64,000 nt of DNA from Octopus vulgaris (GCA_951406725.2 OX597837.1:10106001-10170000), one strand, 5' to 3'; shown: positions 14,625 through 26,850, counted from the stretch's first letter. The notes: generated by a model from the letters alone, not told the origin. Program-made: numbers and translations.

Positions 14625-14682
14625 GTATGTATATATATATGTATGTATATATGTATATATATATATGTATGTATATATGTAT

Positions 14683-14728
<46 letters not shown>

Positions 14729-14735
14729 GTATGTA

Positions 14736-14776
<41 letters not shown>

Positions 14777-15287
14777 ATATGTATATATATATGTATATAT
14801 ATGTATATATATATGTATATATATGTATGTATGTATGTATGTATGCATGAGGGGGTTGGGGGCGGCAGAATATATATATGCGGGTGTATTATCATATAGA
14901 GTGTATTGTCTTCGGTTCGGAAATTCACTGATATTTTAATTAGCTGCTTTCTACTGCCGGCAACGAACCATCCCCCTGGAGTCCAGCAAAGGTCATGGGT
15001 GCGTCCTTTCCTGCTCTGAATAAACCAATATAAATAATTGAGAGAATGAACATGAAAACAAGGTATGAAATTCTAATGGTATAACGTAATTTACTACGAA
15101 ACACAACGTGTATATATATGTATATATATAGTATATATAATTTATACATGTTGACATTAATATAGGCATTAATGAGTGTGTAGATATACATATACCCAAA
15201 GACATGCACATATATATATATATACATTATATATTTATATATGTATATATATGTATATATATATATACACACTTATGAGTATGTATG

Positions 15288-15324
<37 letters not shown>

Positions 15325-15377
15325 TTATAAGTATATATATATATGTGTATATATATATATACACACTTATGAGTATG

Positions 15378-15423
<46 letters not shown>

Positions 15424-15438
15424 CACACTTATGAGTAT

Positions 15439-15483
<45 letters not shown>

Positions 15484-15507
15484 CACACTTATGAGTATGT
15501 ATGTGTG

Positions 15508-15560
<53 letters not shown>

Positions 15561-16447
15561 TTATGTATGCGTGTATATATATGTTCAGTGTATTTCATAT
15601 TGTAATTGATGAACCGAACATTAAGTTCGATGGTTAGAGGTTTTCCCTAGTGCCCAATCATTGGTTCATTGTAGCCTTGACGTCGACAGCAATAAGGGAG
15701 TGTTATAACACAATAAAGAACAAACATAACCAGATTCTTTGTTTGCAAACCACAAATGTTTCAGTTATTTCACCGCCGAACTCCATGGTTGGAGGATACG
15801 TACTTACATGGTGGCTGCCTCCTCGTTATCGAGTATGGCCATTGCACGAAGCTTAATCAATGTTGTTATCGTGCAATGCCTGTGCAAGAAGATTTTTTAA
15901 GTGAGGAAAGGCTGTGCACTGAGTCAATCTCACTCACAAAGCAACAGCAGCCATAATCCGAAAACAAGAACAAGTCAACATCATCGGTAACCACTGAGCC
16001 GCAGGTTTTATGTCGGAGTTATACCAGATACCTGAGTTACCTTCTCCTAGAAGGATGCCCTAACAAAGGCTAGGAGTCCTTCACTCCCAATGGTTTATAC
16101 TCGCGATCGGGTATTCAGTCCGATTATTTCTATGTCCCTGCGCATGATACAGCCTTAAGACATTTATTGGATGGCCGTTGACTCTCAAGAGTTCCTCCGC
16201 CCTTTGACGGGTTTTGATTTTCATTCCGCAGGGTGTCCAATAAACACCCTCCTTACCAAGCAAACTTGGTGGGGTTGCCGGTTTAGTCGCCGACGGCCCG
16301 ACCATGCAACAGGTTGTACTGGGTTACATGTTACCAGTAGCACTCGAAAGTGACCTGACACATAGTACGTACGTACGTACGTACATACATACATACATAC
16401 ATACATACATACATACATACATACATACATACATACATACATACATC

Positions 16448-16640
16448 CCAGAGTTTTAAGTCCTTTTCAGGTGAAATACTAATTTCAATGTACAAAATTC
16501 CAATTTCCTTCAAAGTAGGATTCTGTGACTCCAGGGCCCTTGTAGCACGCCAGTCGCTTTTTGAAGGCCTCACGGAATTTCTCAATAGTCAAGGTGTCCA
16601 GGTCCCTTGTCACAGCCTCCATCTTCACCTTCAGCTTGGA
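16448..16640 (-). mobile_element. Degenerate mariner-like transposase C-terminal fragment
   Basis: Minus translation EAVTRDLDTLTIEKFREAFKKRLACY...ESYFEG resembles mariner C-termini (G.YFE). Confidence 0.5.
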
Positions 16641-16781
16641 GTACAACCAAAAGTCACAGAGAGCAAGGTTTAGACTGTAAGGAGCGCGGGGGACAATTCA
16701 GATGAAAGAGCCTTGGATCTAGGTGAGAAACCGGTTCTTTCTCTATTGGCAAGAAATCTTGAAACAAAACTGAACAATGAT

Positions 16782-16812
<31 letters not shown>

Positions 16813-16883
16813 TACACACACGCGCACACACACACACACACACATACATACGAACGTACGTACATACGCACATACCTACGTAG

Positions 16884-16914
<31 letters not shown>

Positions 16915-17191
16915 GAGGCGCAGTGGGTGGTGGCGATCCCTGCTGTACTCTTTCACCACTCTTTCCCCCACTCTTTCTTCTGTTAGCCTGCTCGCTTAGC
17001 CAGCGGGATGGCGTCATTCGAAGGCTGAAACAATGCGAACGCATTGTGACCAGCGATGTGTAACAACATCTGATGGTCTGGTCGGTCACGTGATCACGTG
17101 ATATATATATATATATATACCTACGCACGTACATGCGTATAGATATAACATACAAACATATACATACACACACACACACACACACACACAC

Positions 17192-17705
17192 GGATGGATG
17201 GATGGATGGTTTGATGGATGGTTTGATGGAAGGATGGATGGAGAGATGGATGGATGGTTTGATGGATGGATGGATGGATGGATGGATGGATGGATGGATG
17301 GATGGATGGATGGTTTGATGGATGGATGGATCGATGGTTTGATGGATGGATGGAGGGATGGATGGATGGATGGATGGTTTGATGGAAGGATGGATGGAGG
17401 GATGGTTTGATGGAGGGATGGAGGGATGGATGGATGGATGGATGGTTTGATGGAAGGATGGATGGAGGGATGGATGGATGGTTTGATGGAGGGATGGAGG
17501 GATGGATGGATGGATGGATGGTTTGATGGAAGGATGGATGGAGGGATGGATAGATGGTTTGGTGGATGGATGGATGGATGGATGGAGGGCTGGATGGATG
17601 GTTTGATGGATGGATGATGGTTGAAGGGATGGATGGACGGACGAACGGACGGACGGGTGATGGTGGGATGGATGGATTGATGGATGGACGGACGGACGGA
17701 CGGAC
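17192..17705. repeat. (GGAT)n compound microsatellite just downstream of the CFAP45-A stop
   Basis: Directly visible. Confidence 0.95.
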
Positions 17706-17780
17706 ACAATATGAATAATATATAAATTATTTATTAACAATAATATTAACAATAATGATGATAGATGAGTTGTGTGTTTG

Positions 17781-17916
17781 CTAGACGAACGGGGGTTTCG
17801 GAATGTTCTTCTTCCACGTGCCTTCCATGATGCTCCGCATCGTCTCCAGTTCCTTGTTCGTTTCGTTCAGGTTTTGTTTCATTTTGTTTAAATATCTGCT
17901 TGGGATGTTGGTTTTA
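17781..17916 (-). CDS. CFAP45: CFAP45 paralog A, last coding exon (extended C-terminus)
   Basis: cag acceptor, phase 2; [14 protein letters not shown]...PKPPFV* aligns with NAGIPDKYL of copy B. Confidence 0.85.
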
Positions 17917-18047
17917 CTGGAAGCAAGAGAATCGAAGAGAATAGAGTAGAGAAGGGCTAGGTACTGCGTGTGAGTGAGCGTGTGTTTTCTGTGTTCCTTC
18001 TCGAGCCATGCCTGGCTCATAAGGGCCGGTTTCCCGGTTTCCTTGGC

Positions 18048-18084
<37 letters not shown>

Positions 18085-18218
18085 CATATATATTTACATA
18101 TATATATCTTATATGTTTTTGTGTCGATGTGTAAGTCTGCACGTATGTATGTATCCATTTGTAAATATACATATATACCTATACAAACGTATATTAAAAA
18201 TATGTGTGTGTGTGTATT

Positions 18219-18256
<38 letters not shown>

Positions 18257-18332
18257 CGTACTGTGTTCGTGCTTCAGCATGGTCGCAGTCCAATGACTGA
18301 ACCGCGCAAACAATTAAAAGACGGGTTCTTAC

Positions 18333-18557
18333 ACTATTTCTTCCAGTTTCTTCTCCTTGCAATTCTTGATCTTCAGTTTGTGGTTGTAAAGCTCTTCCTT
18401 CAAGCGCTTGCCTTCCTCGAAGTTCAGTTTCCTCTGCTCAATTTTCTCTTTCTCTTTTTCTCTCACCTGAGCTTGCACGTCCTTGATCAGTAGGCGGGCG
18501 CGCGCGAACGACGCTTCTTCCTCCTTCTTCTCCTTTTGCATGGCTTCCCTCTGCGCT
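18333..18557 (-). CDS. CFAP45: CFAP45 paralog A exon
   Basis: 225 bp, same size and phase as B exon 49858-50082; AQREAMQKEK...FEEGKRLKEE...KEKKLEEI. Confidence 0.92.
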
Positions 18558-18638
18558 CTGTTCAAGAAAAGCGAAGACCGAAGACTTATGTACGTGCGTA
18601 CGTATGCATGCTTGCATGTATGTATGTATGTATGTATG

Positions 18639-18670
<32 letters not shown>

Positions 18671-18769
18671 GTTAATCCAAACAAGAAAGCACAAAAAAAA
18701 CACAGCAACGCGAGGACGTGGAACAAATAAAGTATTATTGGACGCTCAGGAAAGAAGGGAAGAAGGAGG

Positions 18770-18804
18770 GCTTAACGTTTCGAGCGGAGCTCTTCCTCGG
18801 AAAC
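18770..18804 (-). ncRNA. Minimal type-I hammerhead variant (CCGANGA core) in a Penelope-like repeat; also at 48192-48226 and 50799-50833
   Basis: guuu-CCGA(C/G)GA-a-GAGC(ucc)GCUC-GAAAC-GUU-aaac with palindromic ACGU stem III. Confidence 0.6.
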
Positions 18805-19006
18805 ATAGGAGAAGTAAAGATCCAGAGAAGGGAAGACAGAGTATGTATGTATGTATGTATGTATGTATGTATGTATGTATGTATGTATGTATGTATGTGC
18901 GCGTGTGTGTACACGCATTAAAGACGTATACACATATATTATGTAGATATGTAATATATGCATGTCTACATACGTATATGTGTGTGTGTGTATGTATGTA
19001 TATATG

Positions 19007-19041
<35 letters not shown>

Positions 19042-19115
19042 CTCTTTTACTCTTTTACTTGTTTCAGCCATCCGGCTGAGGCCATGCTGGGGCACCGCCC
19101 TTGTTGCTACCCTCT

Positions 19116-22100
19116 CTAAGTCCAGTTTGCCGTGGCTGGCCACTGATCTAAGAGAGAGTTTGTAGCTGCTGCCCTTAGGTTACCTTCGTACCTTGCAGTG
19201 GGTTCATCTGGGATCCCGGAAAGCAGCTTGTCTAGATGTTTTTTGAAAATGTCCACATCCGCATCATGTAGATCTCTTAGTTTTCTTGGCAGTTTGTTGA
19301 ACAGCTGAGGGCCCCTGAACCCCAGGCTATTACAGTATCTGCTCCTTACCCTGGATGTGGAAGACGGGACCTTTGGCACCACACAGTGACGACCTGTACG
19401 GGGATTGGAACAGCTCTCAATTCCAAAATTTGGTGCTAGTCCCTCCAGGATTTTCCATATGTATATCACTGCATATCTCTCTCGTCTTCGTTCCAAGGAG
19501 TACAAATTGAGTTCCCTAAGCCTCTCCCAATAGTTCTTTTCTTTCATGGTGGAAATCCTCTTGGTGAAATGTCTTTGGATTGTCTCAAGCTCTGTGGTTA
19601 GTTTGACACTATGCGGTGACCACAGTTGGGAGCAGTAGTCTAGGCGGCTTAGGACAAATGTCCTCCATAGTGTCAACATGGTCTCGCAGTCTCTTGTCCG
19701 GAATGTCCTCAGGATCCAGCCAGTGAGTCGTCTGCACATTGTCGCCACCTTCGCGATGTGTGAAGAAAAAGATGCATCGTCACTCATGTCTATCCCCAGG
19801 TCCCGTATTGATTTCGATACTGGGATTTCGATCCCTCCTGGACCAGTATAGTTGTGTTGTAATGTATATGTGTTTACAGCTTGATATTGTAAGGCTTGAA
19901 ATTTACCAGCATTAAATTGCATGTTGTTGTCTTCAGCCCATTTGTATATGGCATCCAGATCTTGTTGTAAAAGGTCAGCATCAGCTGGGTTTTTGATTGC
20001 CTGTGCTACCTTTGTGTCATCAGCATAGCTAGTGAGGGATGTTGTTTGTGCTACCAAGGGCATGTCAGAGAGCGCCACCAAAAACAGCAAGGGTCCCAAG
20101 ACTGTGCCCTGTGGCACCCCGCTTGCTATTGGTGTCTTTCCCGAGAGGGCTCCATTGGCTGCAACCATCTGGCTTCTGTCCTTCAGGAAGTCATGTATCC
20201 ACTCACCTACTTTTCCTGTTATGCCGAGTCTGAGTAATTTGTGACATATCACTCCGTGGTCGACTTTGTCAAAGGCCTTCGCAAAGTCGAGATATACCAC
20301 ATCCACCTGTGAGCGATCCAGTAGTTGTTTCAGTACCCAGTCGTAGTGTTGTAACAGCTGCGTAAGGCAGCTTCTTCCTGGGCGAAAGCCATGCTGTGTG
20401 TCAGTGAGACGGTTAGTTTCTTCGAGGAACGTGATCAGTTTTTTTCTGATGATTCGTTCCATGACCTTACTTATGTGTGACGTCAGGGAGACTGGCCTGT
20501 AGTTTTTGGCCTCTGCTCTACTCCCTCCTTTGTGGATAGGGCATATGGTGCCTTCTTTTAGCGCCCTGGGCAGTTTACCGTTAGCCAAGGAACCACTGAA
20601 GAGCATCTTCAGTGGTCCCGCTAGGGCATGCCTGCATGTTTTTAGGAGGACTGCTGGGAATCCATCTGGTCCAGCAGCTGAGTTTATTCTCATTTCTTCT
20701 ATGGCAGATATTACATCCCTCTCTGTTATGTCTATGTGGTCGATGGTTGTTGTTTGGTTTTGGAGTGTTGTGGCATCAAAGAAAACTTCTGGGTTTGTGA
20801 TTTGCATGTGCCCCAGAGGGGATGTGAACACACTTTTATACTGTTCCTTTAGTATTTCACTTATCCCTTGGGGGTCCTCAGTTAGAGAGCCCTTTTTATC
20901 AAAGAGTGGGCCAATCTTGCAGTGTACCGAGGTGGTTTCTTTCGCAAATTTAAAGAAAGCTTTAGGGTTTGTTTTAATATTCTCTATGGCCCTGGCTTCT
21001 CTCTCTGCCCTCTCCTTCTCATAGGAAAGTTTGAGTGCAGTTTCCGTTTCAAAAAGTTTCAGGTGGAGTCCCTTATTGTTTCTCTGCCGTGCATTCAGTT
21101 GCTTCGAGAGCTTAGCTCTTCGCCTCATAAGTATTTTCCTGTCTCTGGGAATAACGTTCCTATGCCCGCTGGCTTTTTTCTCCGGGACAAACTTATGGCA
21201 TATGTTCTGTATTGTTGTCATGAAATGTTGGAAATGTGTGTTGGTCTCTTGTGTGGTGATGAAGTCACTCCAGTCATGTTTTCGGATCTCTTCGTTGATC
21301 TTCTTCCAGTTTGCCTTATGGAAGTTTAGACTGGATAGGCCTGTGGTATTTTCTAATGGCTGCGTCTCAACTAACTCTCTCATACCATATATCATTACCT
21401 CTACTAAGTTGTGATCTGAGAGAATTGTAGGTGTTACCATTATGTTGTGGATGAGCATCGGGTTGCTTGTGAAACAGAGGTCCAAGACATTCTCACCTCT
21501 TGTTGGCCGAAGCACTGCTTGTTCCATGAAAAACTTGCGTGTGAGAGCCAACAAGGACTCTGTCTGTCTCTGTTCAAGTGATGTCATTCCAGGGAGGAGA
21601 TGGCCATCTGGCCATTTGACTTTCGGAAGGTTAAAATCTCCCAGCAGTAGAATGGTGTTACCCTGGTCCAGTTTGTCCAGGACTTCTTCTATTCTTCTGA
21701 GGCTATCTTCAAACACTCCTTCATGACTAGGGGTGTCTGGTGGCCGATATGTGACACATATTACTATTTTCGGTTGTTTCATGTGTACTATCAGTGTGTC
21801 ACAGACTGAGTTTGAGTGTGTCAACAGTACTATGGGTGTGACATCTTCACGGACGTACAGGGCAACCCCACCATGAGTTCTTTCCTTCCTGTCTGACCGA
21901 AAAACAGTATACTTTGGTACGTGTATTTCTGCATCTGCTATACTGCTTGACAGGTGCGTTTCAGTCAGCGCTATGCATATTGCATGGTTGCTTGTGCTTA
22001 AGTCCCTAAGGTAAGGAATTTTACTCATATTTGTGGGTTTCACCAGACCTCTGACATTCAGCAGAAGCACTGGTGAGATATTTGGGGTGTCAATAAAGGC

Positions 22101-22139
22101 TGTCGGTGTGGCACCTGGGCTGGTGTCAGTGGTGGCCAC
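19116..22139 (-). CDS. LINE ORF2: APE endonuclease plus reverse transcriptase (1007 aa)
   Basis: APE motifs NVRGL, LTETHL, GDFN, LDL, SDH; RT motifs YLDFAKAFD, GVPQGTVLGPLLF, YADD; CR1-like LYSLERRR. Confidence 0.97.
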   Translation of the reverse strand: MATTDTSPGATPTAFIDTPNISPVLLLNVRGLVKPTNMSKIPYLRDLSTSNHAICIALTETHLSSSIADAEIHVPKYTVFRSDRKERTHGGVALYVREDVTPIVLLTHSNSVCDTLIVHMKQPKIVICVTYRPPDTPSHEGVFEDSLRRIEEVLDKLDQGNTILLLGDFNLPKVKWPDGHLLPGMTSLEQRQTESLLALTRKFFMEQAVLRPTRGENVLDLCFTSNPMLIHNIMVTPTILSDHNLVEVMIYGMRELVETQPLENTTGLSSLNFHKANWKKINEEIRKHDWSDFITTQETNTHFQHFMTTIQNICHKFVPEKKASGHRNVIPRDRKILMRRRAKLSKQLNARQRNNKGLHLKLFETETALKLSYEKERAEREARAIENIKTNPKAFFKFAKETTSVHCKIGPLFDKKGSLTEDPQGISEILKEQYKSVFTSPLGHMQITNPEVFFDATTLQNQTTTIDHIDITERDVISAIEEMRINSAAGPDGFPAVLLKTCRHALAGPLKMLFSGSLANGKLPRALKEGTICPIHKGGSRAEAKNYRPVSLTSHISKVMERIIRKKLITFLEETNRLTDTQHGFRPGRSCLTQLLQHYDWVLKQLLDRSQVDVVYLDFAKAFDKVDHGVICHKLLRLGITGKVGEWIHDFLKDRSQMVAANGALSGKTPIASGVPQGTVLGPLLFLVALSDMPLVAQTTSLTSYADDTKVAQAIKNPADADLLQQDLDAIYKWAEDNNMQFNAGKFQALQYQAVNTYTLQHNYTGPGGIEIPVSKSIRDLGIDMSDDASFSSHIAKVATMCRRLTGWILRTFRTRDCETMLTLWRTFVLSRLDYCSQLWSPHSVKLTTELETIQRHFTKRISTMKEKNYWERLRELNLYSLERRRERYAVIYIWKILEGLAPNFGIESCSNPRTGRHCVVPKVPSSTSRVRSRYCNSLGFRGPQLFNKLPRKLRDLHDADVDIFKKHLDKLLSGIPDEPTARYEGNLRAAATNSLLDQWPATANWT

Positions 22140-23011
22140 CCTGGGTCCCTTGATTGTGGTGGTCTTGAGTGCTGTTGTGAGTGCCCCTGGCTCTGAAGAC
22201 GATGTATCCAGGCCAGTTGTCCCACAATTTTCTCTGCTATTTCCACAAAATTTCTTTGTTCTGCTGCCGCCGTCTGCATTTCCTCTGCAAATGTGCGCCT
22301 TCTCCTTGTTGGGGCATTCCGCACTATGTCTGCATATTTCTGGGGCAGCTTGAATTTGTTCTGGTTTTGGTTTCGGTCTTGGTTTTGGTTAAGGCATTTT
22401 GGTCGAGTGGGTTTGATGCAATTTCCATAGGGCCTGGGATGAGCGAACCTGCATCCTTCCCCTGTTTCTCCATGCCAGCAGGTTCCATTCCGGAAGAATT
22501 TGCATGTTATCTGGGTTTTCTTGTCCCCAGTTCCTCTCTGTTTTTTCTTCCTCCGTTGGACGGTTGTCCACTGGTTCCTTTCTGCATAGGTCTTTTCATC
22601 CGGCTGGTTATTTTCTGTTTCCCCATCGCCGCCTATCTGTTGTTTGCCCTGCTTGCCTTCTTCGACTGTGGCTGTGGGTGTGTCATTTTTTGACACTCTG
22701 TGGTTGGTGTTTCCTGTTTCCATCTCTCTCTCTTTGTCTTTATCCACCTTGAGGACTTGGCTTAGCAAAGCCATGTGTGGTGCAATGAGAGTGTAGGCCC
22801 TTTCAACTTCTCTTTTCTTCCTCTCTACCTGCGCCAACGTCCTCATAAAGCCATGGCTTTTCAGGGTCGCCACTATGTTTTTAGTTGGTTGCGATCTGTC
22901 GGCCGAGGTCCATCCTCTGATGAAAACTTCCAGCTCTACTTTCGTCCAGTTACGCTGGCTTTTGTTGACGCCAGTGTTTGCATTTACCTCTAATTTTTGC
23001 ATGTTGTCCAT
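22058..23011 (-). CDS. LINE ORF1 (317 aa): N-terminal Myb/SANT-like trihelix motif plus CCCH zinc finger
   Basis: NWTKVELEVFIRGW...IVATLKSHGFMRTLAQVERK; C-x7-C-x8-C-x3-H (CKFFRNGTCWHGETGEGCRFAH); overlaps ORF2 by 82 nt. Confidence 0.85.
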   Translation of the reverse strand: MDNMQKLEVNANTGVNKSQRNWTKVELEVFIRGWTSADRSQPTKNIVATLKSHGFMRTLAQVERKKREVERAYTLIAPHMALLSQVLKVDKDKEREMETGNTNHRVSKNDTPTATVEEGKQGKQQIGGDGETENNQPDEKTYAERNQWTTVQRRKKKQRGTGDKKTQITCKFFRNGTCWHGETGEGCRFAHPRPYGNCIKPTRPKCLNQNQDRNQNQNKFKLPQKYADIVRNAPTRRRRTFAEEMQTAAAEQRNFVEIAEKIVGQLAWIHRLQSQGHSQQHSRPPQSRDPGWPPLTPAQVPHRQPLLTPQISHQCFC

Positions 23012-23604
23012 TCCGTTGTAGCGGGGAGAGAGAGAGAAGCTGTGAGGGAAAAAGGGAGAAGGGAGGAGAGATGAAGAGATTGTGAGGAAGGGAGGGTGAG
23101 AGAGAGGAAAAGAAGACTGTTTTGGGGAAAGAGAGAGAGGGTGAGAGAGAGGCAGGGAAGGAAAGCGAGAGAGGGCGAGAGAGATAGAGAAAGGGGGTCT
23201 GAAGGAAAGAAAAAGAGAGAGATTGGGAGGGAGGGAGTGAGTTCGTGAGGGAAAGAGAAAGGGATAGTGAAAAGGAAGGAGAAAGGGAGAGTGAGGAGAG
23301 AGAGGGGGGAGAGATAGTGTGATGGAAAGAGCGAGAGAGGGGGGAGAAAGAGGTAGTGCAGGAAAGCGAGAAAAAAGATTACGAGGGAGAGATAGAGGGG
23401 CAGAGAGGCTGTGAAAGAAAGAGAGAGAAAGAGATTTTGAGAGAGGGAGAGAGTGTGAGAATGCAAGAGAAGGAATAGCTACAATATGTTACATATACAC
23501 ACATACTTACATATATAGATATAGATAAAAGTAAAAATATCCATTCATCACAGATATGTACAACCTGTGTTGTATGTGTATATATGTATGTTTATATGTG
23601 TATA

Positions 23605-23653
<49 letters not shown>

Positions 23654-23920
23654 GTATATATATATGTATGTATGTATGTATATATATATGTATGTATGTA
23701 TGTATATATATATGTATGTATGTATATATATATGTATGTATGTATATATATATGTATATATGTATGTATATATATATGTATATATGTATGTATATATATA
23801 TGTATATATATATGTATGTATATGTATATATATATGTATGTGTATGTATATATATATATGTATGTGTATGTATATATATATATGTATGTGTATGTATATA
23901 TATATGTATGTATATATATG

Positions 23921-23951
<31 letters not shown>

Positions 23952-24577
23952 GTATGCATATGTATATATATATATGTATGCATATGTATATATATATATA
24001 TATGTATGCATATGTATATATATATATATATATATGTATGTATATGTATGTATATATATATGTCTGCATATGTATATATATATGTATGTGTATGTGTGTA
24101 TATATATATATGTATATATATATATGTATGTATGTATATATATGTGTATATATATAAAAGACCCCCTTCGGTCAGGCACTGACCATGGGTTTGCACCTAG
24201 AGAGATACCCTCTGAGGCACAAGTCTGGGCAAGGTTGTTTTTATGGAAGACCAGCAGTCGCCCATGCATACCGGCCTCCCCTCTCCACGTCACCGATGTT
24301 GTCCAAGGGAAAGGCAAGGGCCGATACAGCTTGGCACCTGTGACGTCGCAACTCATTTCTACAGCTGAGTGAACTGGAGCAACGTGAAATAAAGTGCCTT
24401 GCTCAAGAACACAACACGCAGCCCCGTCCGGGATTCGAGCTCACAACCTCACGATCGTAAGCTCGACGTTCTAACCACTGAGCCATATATATATATATGT
24501 ATGTATATATATAAGTATGTATATATATATATATGTGTATATATATATATATATATGTATGTATATATATATATGTG

Positions 24578-24692
<115 letters not shown>

Positions 24693-24706
24693 ATATATAT
24701 ATGTAT

Positions 24707-24785
<79 letters not shown>

Positions 24786-25030
24786 TTCTCTCGCTGTTTT
24801 ATTTTCTCGTGTTTCTTTTTGTTGAAGAGCGTAGGCTCGAAACGTGTAAGACTTTCTCACCTTCCAGAACGTTAAACTAATACACCTGTTTGTTGTTTAT
24901 ACACCTGTCTTCTGTAAATTCCAACAGTAAATATATATACATATATATACATATACACACACACAGTAATCTCTCGCGGGTGTTACGTTCCAAAACCCTA
25001 CGTGAAGTAGAAACAGTACTTTTTGTTATT

Positions 25031-25425
25031 CTTTCTTTTGCTTGTTTCAGTCATTTGACTGCGGCCATGCTGGAGCACCGCCTTTAGTCGAGCAAATCGA
25101 CCCCGGGACTTATTCTTTTGTAAGCCCAGTACTTATTCTATCGGTCTCTTTTGCCGAACCGCTATGTGACGGGGACGTAAACGCACCAGCATCGGTTGTC
25201 AAGCAATGCTAGGGAGACAAACACACACATACACACATATACACACACATATACATATATACGACAGGCTTCTTTCAGTTTCCGTCTACCAAATCCACTC
25301 ACAAGGCATTGGTCTGCCCAGGGCTATAGCAGAAGACACTCGCCCAAGATGCCACGCCGTGGGACTGAACCCGGAACCATGTGGTTGGTTAGCAAGCTAC
25401 TTACCACACAGCCACTCCTGCGCCT
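25031..25425 (-). mobile_element. tRNA-derived composite SINE with LINE-derived tail (also 25560-25965 +, 40316-40714 +, 45509-45917 +, 49279-49560 -, 32800-33010 +, 1556-1720 -)
   Basis: Head aggcgcaggagtggctgtgtggtaag...gggttcagtccc; internal microsatellite; tail ggcggtgctccagcatggccgcagtcaaatgactgaaacaagtaaaagag. Confidence 0.9.
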
Positions 25426-25708
25426 ATACTGTGTATTTTCTTTTATTATTTTTATAATGATTTGTATATATTTATTTTATTAGAAACGCAAGACCACACC
25501 ACGGAGGAATCGACGTAAGCTTAAATAATAAACCGCGATATGGCGAGGGATTACTGTAACTGGCCCCTTGCTAACCAACCACATGGTTTCGGGTTCAGTC
25601 CCACGGCGTGGCATCTTGGGCAAGTGTCTTCTGCTATAGTCCCGGGCCGACCAAAGCCTTGTGAGTGAATTTGATAGACGGAAACTGAAAGAAGCCCGTC
25701 GTATATAC

Positions 25709-25756
<48 letters not shown>

Positions 25757-26047
25757 TTGTGTGTCTATGTTTGTTCCCCTAGCATTGCTTGACAACCGAT
25801 GCTGGTTTGTTTACGTCCCCGTCACTTAGCGGTTCGGCAAAAAGAGACCGATAGAATAAGTACTGGGCTTACAAAAAAAGAATAAGTCCCGGGGTCGAGT
25901 TGCTCGACTAAAGGCGATGCTCCAGCATGGCCGCAGTCAAGTGACTGAAACAAGTAAAAGAGAGAGCAAAAGAAAGGAGATATATATATATATACCGGAG
26001 TAAACACATAAAAGAGTGCTCAAATACCAGGGGTAGAGTAATATGCC

Positions 26048-26198
26048 TTATTTAAAAGCAGCAGAAATTCAACAAAACCTGTTACTCTAAGTTTCACCTT
26101 CCCGTTCGTCGGACTGTTTTTGTTAAAATAGAACCGACGAACAGAAACGGGAAACTCAGAGTAACAGGTTTTGTTGAATTTCTGCTGCTTTTAAATAA
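26048..26198. repeat. Inverted duplication of a Penelope-like segment with a hammerhead-like motif in each arm
   Basis: ttatttaaaagcagcagaaattcaacaaaacctgttactct and its reverse complement; CCGACGA...GAAAC...GUA in both arms. Confidence 0.75.
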
Positions 26199-26199
26199 A

Positions 26200-26254
<55 letters not shown>

Positions 26255-26538
26255 TTCTACATGCACTTAATCAAATGAATGATAACAGACGATGGGTAAT
26301 TGTCAGCTCATTACAGCTGTTTCTTACGCATTTTTTTAATTGAAGAATGAGAACATTACTCCATTACAAAAAAACCGTAATCATACGATGAAAAGTGGCG
26401 AAAAATACAAAGATCCCGATTTTGTGTTCGTCGAAAGTTATGTTGAATTTTTTCCTTGTGACGTCACCAAATACGAGTGACTCAAAATTTGCATTACGCC
26501 CTCTCGTTGCATTAAGCAGTAACAATAATTCCGTTAAC

Positions 26539-26595
<57 letters not shown>

Positions 26596-26600
26596 TGTGT

Positions 26601-26640
26601 ATCTTTCTGTCGAAGAGCGTAGGCTCGAAACGTAAAAGAT
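26601..26640 (+). ncRNA. Minimal hammerhead-like variant with CUGUNGA core (also 24815, 31240, 31688, 32148 +; 51005 -)
   Basis: aucuuu-CUGUCGA-a-GAGC(guag)GCUC-GAAAC-GUA-aaagau. Confidence 0.5.
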
Positions 26641-26850
26641 TTCTATTCCTGAGCGCTATACTGATATATGTGTTTGTTTGTACTCCACCTGCCTTCGTCT
26701 TTTGTTTATTTTCGTAAACTTTCCCTTTATATATATATAATACAAAATGGGACAAGAAAGCAAAACATCCAGACAGTTAGGTGATACAAAAAGGGACAAC
26801 AAAACATCCAGATAGGCATTAAAAAAAGAAAACAAGGACGGGTCATTCGA

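Larger units (their letters stand above)
19039..23480 (-). mobile_element. Full-length non-LTR retrotransposon of the CR1/L2/Daphne group in a CFAP45-A intron
   Basis: CT-rich 5' UTR, two overlapping intact ORFs, short 3' UTR with stem-loop and (GTAAAAGA)n tail. Confidence 0.93.

Noticed and set aside
14900-15030. Possible further rearranged hammerhead (CCGAAGA and GAAA on the minus strand)
   Set aside because: Could not build stem III or a UH site; single copy only.
16670-17752. 360-aa PSIH-repeat ORF
   Set aside because: Artefact of the (GGAT)n microsatellite.
20032-22993. Several plus-strand ORFs overlapping the LINE
   Set aside because: Antisense shadows of ORF1 and ORF2.
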